Notes: a model not told the origin generated them from the sequence alone. 32,000 bases of DNA from an uncultured Candidatus Neoarthromitus sp. (GCA_937890765.1 CALADQ010000009.1:15339-47338); one strand, 5' to 3'. Numbered from the stretch's first letter, positions 9,903 to 18,943 are shown. Made by a program: numbers and translations.

Positions 9903-10892
9903 TCACCAACAGAAATCAACCAAATTAAATAAATTTTCAAAAACTTCAAAATCTCTTTCACTAACATAATCTTTCAACTTTGTTTTAAATGAATGTCCAA
10001 TAATAAAAAGCGTGTTATCAGATTTGAAATCACACTTTAAAATTTCATCAACATTGTCATCATCAAAATAAAATACATTTTTAACATTTGGATAAAACTC
10101 GGAAAAACAATTTTTTATCACTCTCATATCCTTATCATTTTTTACGATTACAACATTTTCATATTTCAAAATCTTTTCTCTAAAAAGAAATCTAAAAATA
10201 ACTTCAATATGTTTTTCAACAACAATTTTTCTATTCTTATCTAGTGAAGTATTATCATTGTGAACTCTGTAATAATAAAGTTCTTCTTGAAGAATTCCAA
10301 TTTTACAACCATTTTGATGAAGCAAAATATATAAATAAACATCATCAACTAATCCATAATCTTTATGAAATGGAGAAAACTTTTTAAGAACATCACTTTT
10401 CCCAAAAAGATAACCTCCTCCGATATTACATCCCTCATAAATTAATTTATTTTGGTCATGATAATCTTTTATAGATCTGTTAACATATACCTCCATGCCT
10501 TTTTTAGATATTTCACTTCCATTACCAAAACTTTTTAAATAACAACCAACAACATCATAATCCTTTTCAAGAAGGAATTTTAATTGTTTTTCACACCTAT
10601 CTAAGTAATTGATATCATCTGAATCAACTCTGAATATATATTTTCCATTTGATATACTCAAAGCGTTTTTAACAGCTAAACACGTTCCCAAATTATTTTG
10701 AGTCATTACAATTATTCGCTTGTCCAATCTTTCATAATGCTTCAAGATTGAAAGAGAATTATCTGTTGAACCATCATCAACAAAAATTATTTCTAAATTT
10801 TTATAAGTTTGATTAATAATGCTATCAATACATTCGAACAAATACTTTTCCCTATTGTAAACAGGAACAATAACACTTACCAAATCGCCCAT
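9903..10892 (-). CDS. GT2 family glycosyltransferase (tandem paralogue)
   Basis: MGDLVSVIVPVYNREKYLFECIDSIINQTYKNLEIIFVDDGSTDNS...GKYIFRVDSDD. GAGGTG RBS upstream. Confidence 0.9.
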   Translation of the reverse strand: MGDLVSVIVPVYNREKYLFECIDSIINQTYKNLEIIFVDDGSTDNSLSILKHYERLDKRIIVMTQNNLGTCLAVKNALSISNGKYIFRVDSDDINYLDRCEKQLKFLLEKDYDVVGCYLKSFGNGSEISKKGMEVYVNRSIKDYHDQNKLIYEGCNIGGGYLFGKSDVLKKFSPFHKDYGLVDDVYLYILLHQNGCKIGILQEELYYYRVHNDNTSLDKNRKIVVEKHIEVIFRFLFREKILKYENVVIVKNDKDMRVIKNCFSEFYPNVKNVFYFDDDNVDEILKCDFKSDNTLFIIGHSFKTKLKDYVSERDFEVFENLFNLVDFCW

Positions 10893-10907
10893 AAAACTTC
10901 ACCTCAA

Positions 10908-10943
10908 AATAAAAATAGCCAGGAAAATAAAATTCCTAGCTAC
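10908..10943 (-). terminator. Intrinsic terminator/attenuator-like hairpin between methyltransferase-fusion gene and GT2 trio
   Basis: Minus strand TAGCTAGGAA-TTTTATT-TTCCTGGCTA followed by TTTTTATTTT. Confidence 0.6.
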
Positions 10944-11017
10944 AAAATCTATATAAAATCAAATAAATATTTGATATTAACAATTTACCGTAAATTAATC
11001 TGCAAAAATAAAACAAT

Positions 11018-12886
11018 TTATTTAGTTATAACTAAAGTTCCACCTAAATCACATAAAGGAAATTTTAAAAGTTTATGGCCAATAATTTTTTCAAAATCTT
11101 TAACTGCCGATGATACACCTTTATACAATTTATGATTATAATCTCTAACAAAAATATATCCGCCTGGCGATAATCTATTGTAAAAATATTTCAATCCTTC
11201 TAAAGTTGCTTTATAAAAATTTACATCTAAACTAACAAAACAAAATCTTTCTTCAAATCCTTCTAAACTTTCAGGAAAATATCCTTGTTTAACAACAACT
11301 TTATCTTTATTTTGTAATTTATCTAATACCAAATCTACATTAGTAATTTTATAAATATCTCTAATATCATTTAAAATATTTTCATCTACAAATTTATTTA
11401 CTTTTTCAAATTCAATATCACGTTCGTCATAACTATTAAATGTGTCAAACAAATAAAGTTTTCTATCATAAAATACCTTACTTAAAAGTTTAGCAAAATC
11501 TCCTCTGAACACTCCTAATTCCGCTACTTCACCTAAAACATTGTTATTTTTAATCTCTCTCGCACAAAGTTCCAAAGTAAAAAACCTATTATAATCACCG
11601 CCATTAACATCATCTATATTAACTGGATTATTTTCATCGCTCACAAATTCATAATCACTATTAATTTTTGATGTTAAAACTACACCATTTGAATAATTAC
11701 TTCCATTAAAAATAGCATTACTTATATCTTTGAAAGCTTGTCCAATTTCATTAGCATATGATATCAGTTCTCCACTTTCCAGATAATTTTGAGCAGCTCC
11801 TCCATAATTTCTTTTTTTAGATAATATTCTTCCTATTAAACTGTACAAATTTTTTGAAGTTTCATTCATTATAGTGTGCTTTTCTGGATTATTACTTAAA
11901 TCTAATTCAATTTCTTCCAGAAATTTATCTATTTCAAAATCAGTGTTTATTAAAACTCTCTTCCCTTTTAGATATATAAGTTCTAACAAATTACATTCTT
12001 CTTTTTCTAATTCTTTTAAACATTCATCAAATTTAGTATAATCTTTAAGCTCTATATAACTTTCACATAAAACAAAAAGCGAATACATCTTCATAAAATG
12101 GTATAAATCTTCATCTAAATAAGAGTACTCCCCAGTATTATTTTTAATATAAGAGGCATAATTTATAATTGTTTGAGGAAGTTCTTTATTTTCTATTTTC
12201 AAAATTAAAAGATAATATTTCCATATAGGATTTGGATCTATTAAACTCATTCTGTTTAGTATAAATTCATTTGTATCCGATTTCCTAATAAAATTTTCAT
12301 AATCTCTTATTTTGAGAAGAGTTATTTTAGTATTAACATAGTTTTTATATTTTTTATTATAAATTCTATCTTCAAAATATTCTTCATTTTTTTCAATATC
12401 TAATATTTTAAAATTAATATTTGTACACGCTATTTCGTCTAATATAAAATATAATTCTTCTATTTCATCATAATCTTCTAAAAAAATTTCGTTTGAATTT
12501 ATATTTATTTGTACATTGTCAGAACATTTATAATTATGAATACTTGCATAAGAATTAGAACAAAATTTTTGCATATTTTTTTCAAATTGTCCATGCACAT
12601 TTAATTTTACTTCTCTCTTCCTATATCTTAAAAGATATTCTATAAAATTCTCCAAATCATCAAAAACACTATCTTCCAAAATATCTTTATAATCATTTCC
12701 AAAAAAGTATTTTTCTAAAGATTCAGAAACACTGTCGATCAATCTTAAAACTTTTAGTCTTTTCTGTATCTTCAAAATCAATTCTTTGTTAACTTTAGGC
12801 TTGCATAAAAGTTTCTCTACCATTTCATTAAAAAAATCAAAATTTCCTATTAGAAATTTTGAATAAGTATCCAAATAATCCCCCAC
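11018..12886 (-). CDS. Large protein with helical/TPR-like N-terminal region and C-terminal TylF/MycF-like class I SAM-dependent methyltransferase domain
   Basis: C-terminal ~200 aa: FFTLCAREIKNN-like ..GEVAELGVFRGDFAKLLSKVFYDRKLYLFDTF...VVVKQGYFPESLEG...FCFVSLDVNFYKATLEGLKYFYNRLSPGGYIFVRDYNH...; N-terminal ~400 aa helical, unassigned. Confidence 0.8.
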   Translation of the reverse strand: MGDYLDTYSKFLIGNFDFFNEMVEKLLCKPKVNKELILKIQKRLKVLRLIDSVSESLEKYFFGNDYKDILEDSVFDDLENFIEYLLRYRKREVKLNVHGQFEKNMQKFCSNSYASIHNYKCSDNVQININSNEIFLEDYDEIEELYFILDEIACTNINFKILDIEKNEEYFEDRIYNKKYKNYVNTKITLLKIRDYENFIRKSDTNEFILNRMSLIDPNPIWKYYLLILKIENKELPQTIINYASYIKNNTGEYSYLDEDLYHFMKMYSLFVLCESYIELKDYTKFDECLKELEKEECNLLELIYLKGKRVLINTDFEIDKFLEEIELDLSNNPEKHTIMNETSKNLYSLIGRILSKKRNYGGAAQNYLESGELISYANEIGQAFKDISNAIFNGSNYSNGVVLTSKINSDYEFVSDENNPVNIDDVNGGDYNRFFTLELCAREIKNNNVLGEVAELGVFRGDFAKLLSKVFYDRKLYLFDTFNSYDERDIEFEKVNKFVDENILNDIRDIYKITNVDLVLDKLQNKDKVVVKQGYFPESLEGFEERFCFVSLDVNFYKATLEGLKYFYNRLSPGGYIFVRDYNHKLYKGVSSAVKDFEKIIGHKLLKFPLCDLGGTLVITK

Positions 12887-12968
12887 ATTATCCTCCTTAA
12901 TTATGCAAAGTATTTTATTATTACAAAATATTTATATTTATTATTAAATAAAAAATTACCAAAATAAA

Positions 12969-12995
12969 GAAGCACATACGAATTGCATGTGCTTC
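12969..12995 (-). terminator. Intrinsic terminator after DUF4214 gene
   Basis: GAAGCACAT/ATGTGCTTC stem followed (minus strand) by TTTATTTT. Confidence 0.75.
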
Positions 12996-13005
12996 ATAAA
13001 TATTA

Positions 13006-15180
13006 TTATTCTACTTTTAATCCTATACTGAACAAGAAGTTTCTAGTTTCCAATTCTCCTAACATTCTCTGAGAAATGGCTTGCATTGCTGCTGTTCTAT
13101 CTCCAAGTTGTGCTATTGTTTGTTCAAGTGTTTTAACCCACCATGCCAAACCTTCAGCATCTGAAGTTCTTCCTGTTACCGATCTATACATACGTTCTAC
13201 ATATTTAGCATTATCTAAGTTCTTTTCTTTATATTCATTTTCATTTACTATATTTGAAGTAAAGTAATTAACTGTTATTTCTTGTGATGAAAGTTTTGAC
13301 GTCCAATAAAGCATACCATCTGGATCTCCATCTCTTAAGAAGAATATGTGGTAAAATCCTTCAATCCAGTCCTTAGCATTTGTAACTTTCTTAGTTGTAA
13401 ATGCTTCTATTTCCATTCCTAATTCTTCACCATTTACTAGGGTAACAACTAATTCTAATCCTTTGTGTTGATTATTTGGTGTCAATCCGTATAATTTCAA
13501 CAAACTATTCTTAGAATCATAGAAAGACTTAGCTATTGAATCACCATCTATCCTAACATCTTTAACTATGCCATCTTTATCATTAAACTTAATTTCAAAC
13601 TCTGCTTTAGTAGGAGTTATATTCTTAAGTTCAAATGACTTTAAGAAATCATCCGATATATTAACATCACTTCCTGATGATTTACCACCCATAGTTTTAA
13701 TAGGAATTGGATTTACAGAAATAAGATCATAATTTGTAAACCTTCTATTTATATCCCCATCACCTGAATTATAAGTTACAATTAATTCTACAAACTTATA
13801 AGTAGTACCTGGCTTTAAGCCTTCAATTATAAAATCTTTATAAGCTGTAGCATTCTTTTGTGGATCTTTAACTAAATCATCTGTCTTACCATAAGATTGA
13901 ACTTGACCTATTTTATCGGCTTCTTTAAGAATTCTACCTGAATAAATTTTCCCTTCTGAATCTTTAATTTGAATTCTTTTTACGGTATTTTCCGGATCAT
14001 AAATAGCATCATAGAAAACTATTCCATCTTCTAATGGTCTAACGTTAGAATGCTTATAACCATGTGATTTATCATCGCTTGAAAATGGACCTATATACTC
14101 AACAATACCATTTCCTTTTGAAGAAACCTCTCCCTTTGAATTTACAGATAAATCAGTATAATAAGAAACTGTAGATTTTATAGTCATAGGGTCCAATGGA
14201 TTTGAATTATCTACATTTATAGCTTCAGTTAACATAGGATCAACATAAGGAATTATTCCTTTAGCCCCTGAAATTTCTGATTGTTGAGAAACTTTCCTAA
14301 CAACACTACTTTCAACTAAAGATGGGAATAACAATTCGCCTTGAAATTTAATATTTGTTACTTCACTTCCAGTTGGTAAACCATAAACCTTAAAGTAAAT
14401 ATTTCCCTCTTCATCAACAATTCTAGGAGCATTGAACTTGTTTGTATACTGATTTACCTTAGATACAGTACTATCCATTATTAAATCTAATACTGTGATT
14501 TTCTTTTGATCAGACTTAGAACCAGTTGAATAATCTACAATAAGATTAAAATCTTTATTAACTAATTCACCAGATTCATACAACATACCTAGAGAATTTT
14601 GAATGACTGTTGCAAGAGTCTCTTGCTCAATTAAACTTATTTGACTTCCTTTGCCTTGTTCAAGCAAAATTTTATTTTTCTTAACCTCTTCAACTGCTTT
14701 ATCTATAGTGTTTTTAAGAGCCTCCCCAACATTTCCACCAAATTTAACTTTAATGTATATATATCCTCCTGTTAGAGCATCTCTTACATTTGACTTTTTG
14801 TAGTCTTTTACATCTTCTCTAATTACAACTGTGCTTGACCTTAAAACTCCACCTTCAATTCCAACTATGCTCATAAAATTTTCAGCAGATTTTTCAACCG
14901 AAGCTGGTGCCTTAAAATCTTCCGTACCTTTTAACGGTAACATCTCATTTTCATCATATTTACCATTACCATTAAAATCAACTGCTCCTGGATTTGAACC
15001 AGCTGGAACTTCTGTATTAAGAAGACCAACGGTGAACTGTCTATCGCCTTCTAAGTATTTATCTTCAGCTGCCGGTATAGCAAAAGCGGTGAAACTTCCA
15101 AAATTAACGCATATAGTTGAAAACATAAACATAGAAACTAATGTTGCAACTATCTTTTTAGTAAACTTCTTACTTAACAT
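13006..15180 (-). CDS. Secreted multidomain surface protein with C-terminal DUF4214-type domain
   Basis: GAGGAGG RBS and ATG at about 15180 (track start 15231 looks too long). Signal peptide MLSKKFTKKIVATLVSMFMFSTICVNFGSFTAFA. C-terminal FYHIFFLRDGDPDGMLYWTSKLSS...YVERMYRSVTGRTSDAEGLAWWVKTLE is DUF4214-like. Fn3-like GLKPGTTYKF / GLTPNNQHKGLEL segments. Confidence 0.85.
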   Translation of the reverse strand: MLSKKFTKKIVATLVSMFMFSTICVNFGSFTAFAIPAAEDKYLEGDRQFTVGLLNTEVPAGSNPGAVDFNGNGKYDENEMLPLKGTEDFKAPASVEKSAENFMSIVGIEGGVLRSSTVVIREDVKDYKKSNVRDALTGGYIYIKVKFGGNVGEALKNTIDKAVEEVKKNKILLEQGKGSQISLIEQETLATVIQNSLGMLYESGELVNKDFNLIVDYSTGSKSDQKKITVLDLIMDSTVSKVNQYTNKFNAPRIVDEEGNIYFKVYGLPTGSEVTNIKFQGELLFPSLVESSVVRKVSQQSEISGAKGIIPYVDPMLTEAINVDNSNPLDPMTIKSTVSYYTDLSVNSKGEVSSKGNGIVEYIGPFSSDDKSHGYKHSNVRPLEDGIVFYDAIYDPENTVKRIQIKDSEGKIYSGRILKEADKIGQVQSYGKTDDLVKDPQKNATAYKDFIIEGLKPGTTYKFVELIVTYNSGDGDINRRFTNYDLISVNPIPIKTMGGKSSGSDVNISDDFLKSFELKNITPTKAEFEIKFNDKDGIVKDVRIDGDSIAKSFYDSKNSLLKLYGLTPNNQHKGLELVVTLVNGEELGMEIEAFTTKKVTNAKDWIEGFYHIFFLRDGDPDGMLYWTSKLSSQEITVNYFTSNIVNENEYKEKNLDNAKYVERMYRSVTGRTSDAEGLAWWVKTLEQTIAQLGDRTAAMQAISQRMLGELETRNFLFSIGLKVE

Positions 15181-15369
15181 CTCTTCCTCCTCGAAAGTAA
15201 TTAAATTTAAAATTAAACCCGCTAAACTCATTAAATTTATTTGATTGCGTTTATAAGTCTATATTCGAGATATTTAAAAAAAAGTTTACTGTATTAATTA
15301 AATTTTTATTTTTATAATTTTCTAAATTAATTTTAGGTTCATAAAATATAATATAAATTTATATTTTCA

Positions 15370-15834
15370 TTACATTAGAGCATCTTTCACTAATACAACA
15401 TTAAATATTTTGCTAGTGTACATAGTTTCACTATCATATATAACAAATTTCAATAAAAGCATTTTATTTTTAGGAATAAATTCAATTCCTTTACTTAAAG
15501 AATCTTGGAAGCTAGAATCAATTGGAATCCTCAAAAATTCTAAAAATTTATCATTATTTTCCACATTTTTCACATATATAGCAAAATCATATTTTTCAAG
15601 TTTTTCAAAATCTATTTGTTTTAAATTATAATTTATGTATTCAATAATTTGATTTTTAGTTAAATTCTCTTGAGTTAAATCAGATAAAAAAAGCTCTTCA
15701 CCTTTCATTCCAATAAACTTTATTCCCAATATTTTATTATTTAAAGTTTTAAATATAAAATCGAAATTTAACATTACTAAAAATATAAAAATAAAAGAAA
15801 GTGTTCCTATAACATTACGCTTTTTATAATTCAA
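15370..15834 (-). CDS. Small uncharacterised protein with one N-terminal membrane segment
   Basis: MNYKKRNVIGTLSFIFIFLVMLNFDFIF followed by soluble region; no recognised family. Confidence 0.65.
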   Translation of the reverse strand: MNYKKRNVIGTLSFIFIFLVMLNFDFIFKTLNNKILGIKFIGMKGEELFLSDLTQENLTKNQIIEYINYNLKQIDFEKLEKYDFAIYVKNVENNDKFLEFLRIPIDSSFQDSLSKGIEFIPKNKMLLLKFVIYDSETMYTSKIFNVVLVKDALM

Positions 15835-15888
15835 CTACAACACCCTCATTCCAATTAAAAAATTTCAAAACGAAAACATATTCACAAT

Positions 15889-16878
15889 TTAAACTTCTAT
15901 ATATTTATCTTTCAATACCATTTCGACCCAATTTAAATTATTTAAATACCAATTCACAGTATGCTTTAATCCTTCAAAAATTTTAATTTTACACTCAAAA
16001 CTCAAATTACTATCTAAATTTTCAATATTGTTGTAGAAGTTATTCTCATCTAACTTTTCGTTATTTTTTAAAACTATTAAAGATTCATCTTTATTTAAAA
16101 AAGATAAAACTTTTTTTGTTAATTCCAACTCATCTATTTCTTCACAAGAAAAAATATTATAAATATTTCCTGATTTTCCAGTACGTATTATTTTATCTAT
16201 TGCAATAACATGATCATAAACGTGAACTAATTTCATAAACTTTCTATTTTTATTAAAAAAAATTTTTTCATTTCCAATAGCTTTAACAATAATTGATGGA
16301 ATGAATTTTTCTGGATATTGATATGGACCATAATTATTTGCACTTCTAGAAATAGTTACTTCCAAATCAGAATTTTTACAATAACACAATGCCAACATAT
16401 CACTTGAAGCCTTAGTAAAAAAATAAATGGATGATAGATTTAATTTATCATTATTACAGAAAAATTTTTCATCGTACGAATGTAAATTTTCATGTATTTC
16501 ATCTGTTGAAACTTGATGAAATTTTTTAACATTATACTTTAAACACATATCCATTAAATTTTTTGTACCTATTATATTGGTTTTCAAAAACAAATTACTA
16601 TCTTTAATAGACTTATGAGCATAAGTTTCAGCTGCAAAATTTAGAACTAAATCAAAATGCTCCTTTGCAAAAACATCACTCAAAAAATCATTGTCTAAAA
16701 TATTTCCTCTATAAAATTTGAAATTTGTATTTTCTTTAACTGATTCTAAATTTTCAAGATTACCGGCATAAGTTAAAGCATCTAAACAAACAATCTGAAT
16801 ATCTCTATACTTATTTATCATGTAGCTTATAAAATTACTTCCAATAAATCCAGCTCCGCCAGCTACGCAAACCTTCAT
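15889..16878 (-). CDS. NAD-dependent epimerase/dehydratase, divergent dTDP-glucose 4,6-dehydratase-like (RfbB-like) SDR
   Basis: VCVAGGAGFIGSNFISY; DLVLNFAAETYAHKSI; STDEIHENL; YFFTKASSDML; SRSANNYGPYQYPEKFIP. GGAGG RBS places ATG at about 16878. Confidence 0.85.
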   Translation of the reverse strand: MKVCVAGGAGFIGSNFISYMINKYRDIQIVCLDALTYAGNLENLESVKENTNFKFYRGNILDNDFLSDVFAKEHFDLVLNFAAETYAHKSIKDSNLFLKTNIIGTKNLMDMCLKYNVKKFHQVSTDEIHENLHSYDEKFFCNNDKLNLSSIYFFTKASSDMLALCYCKNSDLEVTISRSANNYGPYQYPEKFIPSIIVKAIGNEKIFFNKNRKFMKLVHVYDHVIAIDKIIRTGKSGNIYNIFSCEEIDELELTKKVLSFLNKDESLIVLKNNEKLDENNFYNNIENLDSNLSFECKIKIFEGLKHTVNWYLNNLNWVEMVLKDKYIEV

Positions 16879-17017
16879 CAAATCCTCCTATAAAATTAAA
16901 TACAAAACATTTTTCACTTACCTAAGTCTACTATAAATTTTAAAATTCTTCCACTTTATAAAATAACAATAAATAATTAAATTTATAAAAATTCTTTATA
17001 GTTAAACAAATTTCATA

Positions 17018-17023
17018 TATAAT
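17018..17023 (+). promoter_or_regulatory. Candidate -10 (TATAAT) for purine-riboswitch/ade transcript
   Basis: TATAAT at 17018-17023 about 7 nt upstream of the 5' strand of the leader structure; -35 weak (TTTATA, about 16995). Confidence 0.55.
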
Positions 17024-17036
17024 GTTTACTTATAAC

Positions 17037-17105
17037 CTTCGTATAAGCTTAATAATATGGTTTAAGCGTTTCTACAATATCACCGAGAATGATATTACTA
17101 TGAAG
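17037..17105 (+). ncRNA. Purine riboswitch aptamer, C74-type (guanine class), upstream of adenine deaminase
   Basis: CTTCGTATAAGCTTAATAATATGGTTTAAGCGTTTCTACAATATCACCGAGAATGATATTACTATGAAG. P1 17037-17043/17099-17105; P2 17047-17052/17062-17067 with L2 AATATGG; conserved TTTCTAC J2/3; P3 17077-17082/17090-17095 with L3 CCGAGAA; J3/1 UACUAUG, position-74 equivalent is C (17098). Confidence 0.9.
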
Positions 17106-17109
17106 ATTA

Positions 17110-17153
17110 AAATCCACGAAGGTTATAATATTTATTTACAAAAAGGTGGATTT
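17110..17153 (+). promoter_or_regulatory. Putative translational expression platform (SD sequestrator) of the purine riboswitch
   Basis: AAATCCAC (17110-17117) is complementary to GTGGATTT (17146-17153), which contains the GGTGG SD of ade. Competing 12-bp helix 17030-17041 (TTATAACCTTCG) with 17117-17128 (CGAAGGTTATAA). Confidence 0.65.
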
Positions 17154-17158
17154 GAAAA

Positions 17159-18892
17159 TTGAACAAACAAATTTATATTGAAAATATTAAAGCTTCAAGT
17201 AAACAAATATTATGCAATCTTGTTATTAAAAACATCACAGTCGTGGATGTTTTTCAAAATTCTACATTCGTATGCGACGTAGCAATTCATAATGGTTATA
17301 TCGTCGGTCTTGGAGAATATAAAGGACAAATCGAAATTGATGGAACTGGTAAATATATTTCTCCAGGATTAATTGATGCACATGCTCACATCGAATCATC
17401 TCTTTTAACTCCAAGAGAATATTATAAAACCGCTCTCCTCCATGGAATAACAACTGCCATAGTAGATCCTCATGAAATAGGAAATGTTTTAGGAGCAGAT
17501 GGAATAAATCTCATGATAGAAATGAGTAAAAATATACCGTTTGACTTTTATTTCATGCTTCCCTCTTGTGTTCCTTGCACAAATTTTGAAAATGCAGGAG
17601 CAATTTTAAAAAGCAAAGATTTAGAACCATTATACAATAATGAAAAAGTTTTAGGTCTCGCTGAAGTTATGGATTTTCCATCAATAATAAATTTGAATGA
17701 GGATATGATAGAAAAACTTTATTTTGCAAATGAAAATAATAAAGTTATCGATGGACACGGAGCTGGATTTAATATAGATAACATAAATACTTATGCAACT
17801 TGTTACATAAAAACCGATCATGAATGCAATAATTATCAAGAATTAGTTGAGCGAGTTAGACGTGGAATGTATGTACACATAAGGGAAGGCACTGTTTCTA
17901 AAAATTTAAACGATCTTGTGAAAGGCGTTTCAATTCACAATAGTAGGAAACTTTGTCTGTGTACAGATGATAAACACATTGACGATTTATTAAAATATGG
18001 ATCAATTGATAATTCTATAAGGCTTTGCATAAAAAATGGATTGAATGCAGAAATTTCTATTCAAATGGGAACTATAAATTCTGCTGAATGTTATGGTTTA
18101 AAAAATAAAGGAGCAATAGCTCCTGGTTTTATTGCAGATTTTTTAATTTTAGATTCTCTTCATGATTTTAAAATTTCAAGCGTTTATAAAAATGGAGTTT
18201 TAGTTGTTAAAAATAATATTTTAATAAATCAAGATAAAAATCATTTTGATTTCAATATTCCAACTTCAGTTAAAATTCCAAATTTAAATGAAGAACATTT
18301 CAAAATTGATTTAACAGGAAAATCTTTTTTAAACGTAATTGAAGTTATACCAAATAGTTTGAAAACAAATCATTTAAAATTTTCTATAGACGAACTCAAT
18401 TTGAAAGAAGAATTTGTTTCATGTCCCGAACACGACTTGATAAAAATTTCTGTCATTGAAAGACATAACAATACTGGAAATATTGGAATTGGAATTGTAA
18501 AAGGATTAAATCTTAAATCAGGTGCAATTGCAACGACAATAGCTCATGATTCTCATAATTTAATAGTTTGTGGGACAAACGATAACGACATGATTTTAGC
18601 TTGCAATAAAATAAAAGAAATTGATGGTGGAATTGCAATAGCTAATGATAATGAAATCAAATGCTTTTTAAAATTAGAAATAGCAGGACTCATTACAAAC
18701 AAACCACACGAAGAAGTTCTAAAGGATTTAAACAAACTTCATGAAGAAATTTCAAAAATATCTAACGATGTGAATTTTAATCAATTTTTAATGTTATCAT
18801 TCTTATCTTTACCTGTAATTCCAAATATTAAAATTACAGACAAAGGCCTATTTGACAGCACGCATTTTAAATTCATAGATGTTGCATTTTAA
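17159..18892 (+). CDS. ade: Adenine deaminase
   Basis: LVIKNITVVDVFQNSTF...ISPGLIDAHAHIESSLLTP...AIVDPHEIGNVLG...LCTDDKHIDDL...GAIAPGFIADFLIL; typical adenine deaminase. TTG start after GGTGG. Confidence 0.95.
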   Translation: MNKQIYIENIKASSKQILCNLVIKNITVVDVFQNSTFVCDVAIHNGYIVGLGEYKGQIEIDGTGKYISPGLIDAHAHIESSLLTPREYYKTALLHGITTAIVDPHEIGNVLGADGINLMIEMSKNIPFDFYFMLPSCVPCTNFENAGAILKSKDLEPLYNNEKVLGLAEVMDFPSIINLNEDMIEKLYFANENNKVIDGHGAGFNIDNINTYATCYIKTDHECNNYQELVERVRRGMYVHIREGTVSKNLNDLVKGVSIHNSRKLCLCTDDKHIDDLLKYGSIDNSIRLCIKNGLNAEISIQMGTINSAECYGLKNKGAIAPGFIADFLILDSLHDFKISSVYKNGVLVVKNNILINQDKNHFDFNIPTSVKIPNLNEEHFKIDLTGKSFLNVIEVIPNSLKTNHLKFSIDELNLKEEFVSCPEHDLIKISVIERHNNTGNIGIGIVKGLNLKSGAIATTIAHDSHNLIVCGTNDNDMILACNKIKEIDGGIAIANDNEIKCFLKLEIAGLITNKPHEEVLKDLNKLHEEISKISNDVNFNQFLMLSFLSLPVIPNIKITDKGLFDSTHFKFIDVAF

Positions 18893-18900
18893 AAAATACA

Positions 18901-18930
18901 TTGATTTATAAATTGAAATCAATATATAAT
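18901..18930 (+). promoter_or_regulatory. Putative sigma-A-type promoter for codBA
   Basis: TTGATT (18901-18906), 18-nt spacer, TATAAT (18925-18930). Confidence 0.6.
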
Positions 18931-18943
18931 GTTTTAAAGAAAA

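Noticed and set aside
7158-10892. Considered a prophage remnant or phage-defence island because of the Ltp-type lipoprotein
   Set aside because: No integrase, capsid, tail, lysis, nuclease or toxin-antitoxin gene is seen nearby. The neighbours are envelope/glycan genes.
10809-11135. Plus-strand 108-aa track ORF
   Set aside because: Spans the 5' end of one minus-strand gene, a terminator hairpin and the 3' end of the next; no RBS or family.
13076-15244. Plus-strand track ORFs 13076..13267 and 14831..15244
   Set aside because: Shadow ORFs antisense to the signal-peptide-bearing DUF4214 gene.
15410-15631. Plus-strand 73-aa track ORF
   Set aside because: Antisense to the 154-aa ORF. Neither has a recognised family, but the minus-strand one has TM-plus-soluble organisation and fits gene spacing.
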